Source: Vermiphilus sp.
GTDB taxonomy: Bacteria; Ratteibacteria; UBA8468; B48-G9; DTJG01
Direction of reading: 5' to 3'
Assembly: GCA_020722805.1 (NCBI GenBank)
Contig: DYKA01000003.1
Location: 1-42,578 of the forward strand
Length of the DNA stretch: 42,578 bases
Shown here: positions 39,301 through 42,578 of the stretch, piece by piece
How positions within the stretch are numbered: position 1 is the first letter of the stretch
Layout: each line of letters begins with the position of its first letter
Translations under genes and position numbers: made by a program
Notes under the pieces: model-generated
Seen by the model: only the letters and a program-made list of their open reading frames with translations
What the model was told of the DNA's origin: nothing
The model's database searches: none

Positions 39301-39400
39301 CGTTATCAGCGGGTTGATAAGTTCCACTCTTTTAACTCTTTTTATTATTCCGCTTGTCTATTTGTTTTACGCGAGACGAAAATATAAAAAACAGCAATAG
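36341..39400 (+). CDS. RND efflux transporter permease (AcrB/HAE1-like)
   Basis: 1019 aa; YPGAGP, GIVVDSSIVIIENI, GIVVSNGILIV and RLRPILMTT. Confidence 0.95.
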   Translation: MNPVRLAVKKPVFVLVIFFIIMLLGFFSLPKLHVDLAPKVEIPIVTVITVYPGAGPDQVETLVTKPIEDAISTTNNLKNIKSSSVEGVSIIVAEFNMGSSVDIAVTDVREKVSSMIGDLPEGAKQPEILKLDINASPILYLSITGNDLKKIYDVADNFVRVKLQTVQGVGKIDIIGGEKREIRVEAIPERLLYYEIDLTTIAQRLKVENINIPSGHFLMDDREVSGRLNTEFKSPEEIKLIDLPVFDMSTGSIRTVPLSSVANVFDTTAEIRDKTRTNGKDSVGIIVQKQPDANTIQVVDSVRKVLPDIQKGLPEDSKIAIVTDTSEFIKDAVSDVWHKLFIAVILTGLILFVFLYSVGSTLIVCLAIPVSLVGTLFFAYLSRFTLNILSLSSLTLSVGIVVDSSIVIIENIYRHKKELKEKGEEAAEKGALEVASAVSATMLTHMVVFLPIVFMSGLVGQFFKEFGMIQVYTSLLALGVGFTLTPMLTTKFLKDTGEKDWAIKAEKKFEQFKNGYRRTLLKFLHRPGPVLVVIGILIPLSFTLLPFIGIEMITNADEGIYNISLRMPPGTNLQKTESIVKVIEEKVLSIPETDQVFATIGKISGMFAGMGSEGPEYAQLLVKLKDVRKKSTTQIVEEIKPFLAGIPGTITVAEQSTIGSGGRPPLEIYITGTDEKSVIQTSEEVLNIVQSTDGVSSADSSYNPGKPEINFVIKRPKLAQYNLNSNQAAMICRSALEGIVPSKFRVGENEYDIRVTIPEKDKKDINVLENLTIVNPMQNVFLLKQIAEIKETYGPTTRERYDRKPSVTILGNINKPLGTVMATLNKEIKKLNLPEGTSIIFGGQSERMAESFRDLFLALILSVLLVYLVMAAQFESWVEPFIIMGTLPLSIIGILTGLFITGKTINIFSLMGMIVLVGIVVSNGILIVNFAKNLIQRGKNPEESVIEASASRLRPILMTTLSMIGGMLPLALAVGKGSVLKAPMAVSVISGLISSTLLTLFIIPLVYLFYARRKYKKQQ

Positions 39401-39470
39401 CCCACGGGGAGATTTGAACTCCCGACCCGTCGCTTACGAAGCGACTGCTCTACCGCTGAGCTACGAGGGC
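39399..39470 (-). tRNA. tRNA-Thr(CGT)
   Basis: GCCCTCGTAGCTCAGCGGTAGAGCAGTCGCTTCGTAAGCGACGGGTCGGGAGTTCAAATCTCCCCGTGGGCT; CGT anticodon, U5-U68 mismatch, CCA not encoded. Confidence 0.94.
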
Positions 39471-39509
39471 ACATTATAATTATACACAAAAAGCACCACT
39501 TATGAAAAT

Positions 39510-40637
39510 TCACCTCTTTGTTATGTTTGAAAGAGCATATCTTGCAACATCATTCAATTCACTGTATGGATAAAAAATTGCAATCTGTCTGAAACAATTC
39601 TTTGCTTTTTCCTTTTCTCCTTTATCAAGGTAAAGCGTGCCAAGATTATACAAAGCATTATCAGCAAAATTACTGAAAGGATTATTCCGTATGAATCTTC
39701 TGTAAGCCAGAATTGCTTCATCAAATAGTCCTTGGTCCTGCAGTAATTCTGCAAATCTATATCCCAATGATTTAGGAATCCGAACTTCCGAGAACCTTTT
39801 CAGTGCTTCTCCGTAAAGGACCGCTGATTCTCTTTCATTCTTCTCCTGCACCAGGTGTTTAATCTGATTTTCCACATTGAAAAGTTCAACCTGATCTTCA
39901 AATGGGATTATCTTCATCACGCTTTCCCCGGCAATATCGTAAAGAAAACTGCTGCCGGACTTGATGTTCAACACATACCTCATACGTTGAAATCCTTTCG
40001 TAAGCAGCGCAATCCCCATGCCTGCCAGAAATCCTCCGATATGAGCACCAAAAGCAATGCCGGAAGTTGCTGATGAATTTACATTCATCATCATTCCGAT
40101 AATCTGCTGGACAAACCAGAATGAAATCCAGAAATATGAAAAAATGTTGAACGTTCCGGTATAAATTTTAAAGATAAGAAAAAGCCAGTACCAGAAGGTA
40201 ATTCTACTTTTCGGAAACAGCATCAGATAAGCACCCAGCACTCCTGATATAGCGCCGGAGGCACCAATTGAAGGAATTGTTCTTGCATCACCGTTTGTAA
40301 AAAACCCATAAAAAAGTGCAGCGATTATCCCGGAAAAAAGATAAAAAAGGAAGTACTGGAAATGTCCCCATCTATCCTCAAGGTTATCACCCATCAGATA
40401 CAGATACCACATGTTTCCTATAAGATGCATTATGCTTCCATGTAAAAACATTGAGGTAAAAATTGTAAACCATGAAAATCTTGCAGGAATAAACCCAAAA
40501 TTCCTGATAATTTCTTCATATCCACTGCTGAAACCAAACAAAAAATAAATAATGACATTTGTAAAAATTATCGTATAATTGATAACAGGGATTTTTTTAA
40601 CTCCAAATTCATCACGAATCGGCCAGAAAAAAAACAT
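39510..40637 (-). CDS. Rhomboid intramembrane serine protease with C-terminal TPR domain
   Basis: MFLHGSIMHLIGNM, GASGAISGVLGAY and AHIGGF; TPR-like ADNALYNLG...YP.S. Confidence 0.9.
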   Translation of the reverse strand: MFFFWPIRDEFGVKKIPVINYTIIFTNVIIYFLFGFSSGYEEIIRNFGFIPARFSWFTIFTSMFLHGSIMHLIGNMWYLYLMGDNLEDRWGHFQYFLFYLFSGIIAALFYGFFTNGDARTIPSIGASGAISGVLGAYLMLFPKSRITFWYWLFLIFKIYTGTFNIFSYFWISFWFVQQIIGMMMNVNSSATSGIAFGAHIGGFLAGMGIALLTKGFQRMRYVLNIKSGSSFLYDIAGESVMKIIPFEDQVELFNVENQIKHLVQEKNERESAVLYGEALKRFSEVRIPKSLGYRFAELLQDQGLFDEAILAYRRFIRNNPFSNFADNALYNLGTLYLDKGEKEKAKNCFRQIAIFYPYSELNDVARYALSNITKR

Positions 40638-40667
40638 AGAAAATTGTCCTTTTTATAAAATTATATT

Positions 40668-41603
40668 ATGAATTCCGGAAGGTTCAAAAATGCGCTTGTT
40701 GTAAAACCTGGAAGCATCGGCGATACTGTTGCTGCATTTCCCGTATTTTATTCCCTGAAAGAAAATTCTTACAATGTTTATTTTATTGGCTCAGAAAAAA
40801 TGATCGGTTATCTTGAAAGAATAAAATTTATTGAAAAGGGTATTGGCTTCGGTGATTCACGCCTTTTAGAATTTTTTACTTATCAGAGAAAATTCACGGT
40901 TCCTGAAATGCCAGATTTTGACATTGTTATTTCCTACATTGAACCAGATACTATATTCGGCCAGAACATCCTGAATACATATAAGGATAATGCTGTTTTT
41001 CATCCTGTGCCAGAAGAACCTGCCAGTCATATCACTGAATTTCTTCTTGAACCCCTTCATAAATCAGGAATAAAAGTAATGTTTGATATAGAAAGAAAGG
41101 TAAACAAACATGGTAATGACATTCTTTTTATTCATCCTGGCAGCGGAAGCAAAAAGAAAAACCTGCCACCCGAAGGTTTTCTTGAAATTTTTACAGAATT
41201 GAACCAAACATGCGAGTGCAGGATAATAATCGGGGAATGCGAAAAGTCAGATATGGACTACTGGGTTAAAAATGCTGGAGCCGAAAATATCATTGAACCG
41301 GAAACAATAGATGAACTTGCAAAAAAACTTGAAAATGGTTCCTGGTTTATTGGGAATGACAGCGGTGTTTCTCACCTTGCAGCATTTCTTGGATTAGATA
41401 CATTTATCATCTTTGGACCAACAGACCCACAGATATGGGCTCCGAAAGGCAAAAAAGTTAAAATCATACAGACAACTGCAGAGTGCGCACCCTGCAATTA
41501 CCAGACAAGAAAAAATTGTCAGAGTATGAAATGCTTGAAAGAGATAAACGTTCAGTCTATCATATCTATGATAAAACAGGTTGTGAAGAAGAAAAGGAGG
41601 TGA
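40668..41603 (+). CDS. Glycosyltransferase family 9 (ADP-heptose:LPS heptosyltransferase-like)
   Basis: GSIGD, HPGSG...KN, IGNDSGVSHLAA, FGPT...WAP and CAPC...C...C. Confidence 0.88.
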   Translation: MNSGRFKNALVVKPGSIGDTVAAFPVFYSLKENSYNVYFIGSEKMIGYLERIKFIEKGIGFGDSRLLEFFTYQRKFTVPEMPDFDIVISYIEPDTIFGQNILNTYKDNAVFHPVPEEPASHITEFLLEPLHKSGIKVMFDIERKVNKHGNDILFIHPGSGSKKKNLPPEGFLEIFTELNQTCECRIIIGECEKSDMDYWVKNAGAENIIEPETIDELAKKLENGSWFIGNDSGVSHLAAFLGLDTFIIFGPTDPQIWAPKGKKVKIIQTTAECAPCNYQTRKNCQSMKCLKEINVQSIISMIKQVVKKKRR

Positions 41604-41933
41604 ATGAAAATGAAGAAAACATTTATTATATTGTCTTTATTCTGTCTATGTCTTTTCATCAGCGGATGCAGTAAGAAACCCGCTGGTGAAATAGGAGAAA
41701 AAGCAAAAGAAACAGGTGAAAAAGTATTCCAGAAACTCAGAGGTACGGCCCATCAGGACAACCTTATGTATCTCAAAAACAAGATCAATACTTACAAGCG
41801 GCAGAATGGAAGGTATCCTGATTCACTGCAACAACTTGTCAATGAAGGTTTTATTGACAGAATACCCGAGCCACCTGCAGGAATGCAGTATCAATATGAC
41901 CCATCAACAGGAAAATTAAGTTTCAAGCAATAG
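41604..41933 (+). CDS. Lipoprotein with a GspG/pseudopilin-like globular domain
   Basis: GGAGG SD, signal peptide with ISG|C lipobox, and YKRQNGRYPDSLQQLV..GFIDRIPEPP.G..YQYD. Confidence 0.75.
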   Translation: MKMKKTFIILSLFCLCLFISGCSKKPAGEIGEKAKETGEKVFQKLRGTAHQDNLMYLKNKINTYKRQNGRYPDSLQQLVNEGFIDRIPEPPAGMQYQYDPSTGKLSFKQ

Positions 41934-42109
41934 CTGTACTGGATATAAATCAAAAGTGCCGGCAAAACTTACGGCCAATTATTTCGCCTTCAGAGAATAC
42001 GAAAAATTGATGACTATTTTATACTTAAGATAAAACAGGGTTGTTCACCCCCATTTGATATTTCATAACTGAAGTATAAGAGTTCATTCTCAAAGCAGAA
42101 AAGAGTCAA

Positions 42110-42227
42110 TGTGGATATTGCCGTATGTGGATACCCCAATGTCACGTCAGGATAACCACATCCTTGCCTGCTCGCACCCTTTGGGTTACCCACAATCTCC
42201 ACATTACTACTATTATTTTTTCAAAAA
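42110..42227. other. Putative replication origin core (DnaA-box cluster, DnaA-trios, AT-rich tract)
   Basis: TGTGGATAT 42110, TGTGGATAC 42126, ATAACCACA 42152, tandem TTACCCACA/ATCTCCACA 42186-42203, then TTACTACTATTATTTTTT. Confidence 0.65.
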
Positions 42228-42361
42228 CCTGAAAGACATAAAGTGGGTATCAAAGAAAAAAAACTTTTGGAAATAAAGACTGGCTCAAAAATTGAAATCA
42301 ACCCTACGGTGAAAAATTTTGACAAAAACTGGGGGGTAAAATGAGAGTGATAATTAAATCT

Positions 42362-42578
42362 GTAAATCCTCACTGAACCACGTTCGCCTCCCCCTTGCGG
42401 GAGTTTGCCAAAGCATCAGTGGCGGAAGTGGGGAGGCAGGCACTCAGGATGAGTGCGGTGGGGGTGATATAGTGGGGGTGATATAATAGAATGTCACCCT
42501 CACCCGAACCCGTCTTGCACTGCGTGCTTCGGTCAGCGGCCTCACCCTCTCGGCCTTAGTGCTATACGGTGCTCTTTC
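42362..42578. mobile_element. Left end of a MITE-like element with GC-rich REP-like hairpins, truncated by the window edge
   Basis: GTAAATCCTCACTGAACCACGTT matches the inverted end at 69-91. Tandem GTGGGGGTGATATA x2 (42458-42485), GCCTCCCC/GGGGAGGC and GCACTC/GAGTGC stems, TCACCCTC repeats. Confidence 0.6.

Noticed and set aside
36080-39327. Series of minus-strand ORFs opposite the RND genes
   Set aside because: They are antisense shadows produced by codon bias in long membrane-protein genes.
30762-39400. Genomic island integrated at tRNA-Thr
   Set aside because: There is no integrase, no visible duplicate of the tRNA 3' end and no obvious compositional shift.
42014-42202. 62-aa minus-strand ORF
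   Set aside because: It has no SD or motifs and overlies the DnaA-box cluster, which explains the sequence better.

Overview
An AT-rich, very compact chromosomal segment from a diderm bacterium that is probably anaerobic. Lnt, a GT9 heptosyltransferase-like gene, a flavodiiron protein and an H-X9-DG prepilin-like protein suggest a PVC-group relative such as Omnitrophota/Ratteibacteria; this placement is inference. Most genes are housekeeping: purB, folK-panC-panD, lnt, rnc, tRNA-Ala-surE-rpmH-rnpA-yidD-yidC, cysE, gatB, ctpA, tsaD, mltG, cinA, an RND pump and tRNA-Thr. There is also a radical SAM/FNR/rubredoxin/FprA block, a polyol dehydrogenase plus acetoin/pyruvate-dehydrogenase-like E1a/E1b/E2 block, and a decaying URO-D/GH63-like sugar cluster with one in-frame TAG and one 2-nt frameshift. 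The main signals are non-coding. (1) A family of small GTAA...TTAC-ended MITE-like elements carries different short-repeat cargo; one complete 97-bp copy has a perfect 8-bp target duplication and rewrote the ctpA C-terminus. (2) A likely oriC core (DnaA-like boxes, DnaA-trios, AT-rich tract) lies at about 42.1-42.2 kb, away from rpmH and with no dnaA in view. (3) Sigma70 promoters sit 6 nt before ATGs, suggesting leaderless mRNAs. (4) A 29-aa micro-lipoprotein ORF precedes the RND operon. Three small genes missing from the ORF track (rubredoxin, rpmH, micro-lipoprotein) were read by hand. No database searches were run.
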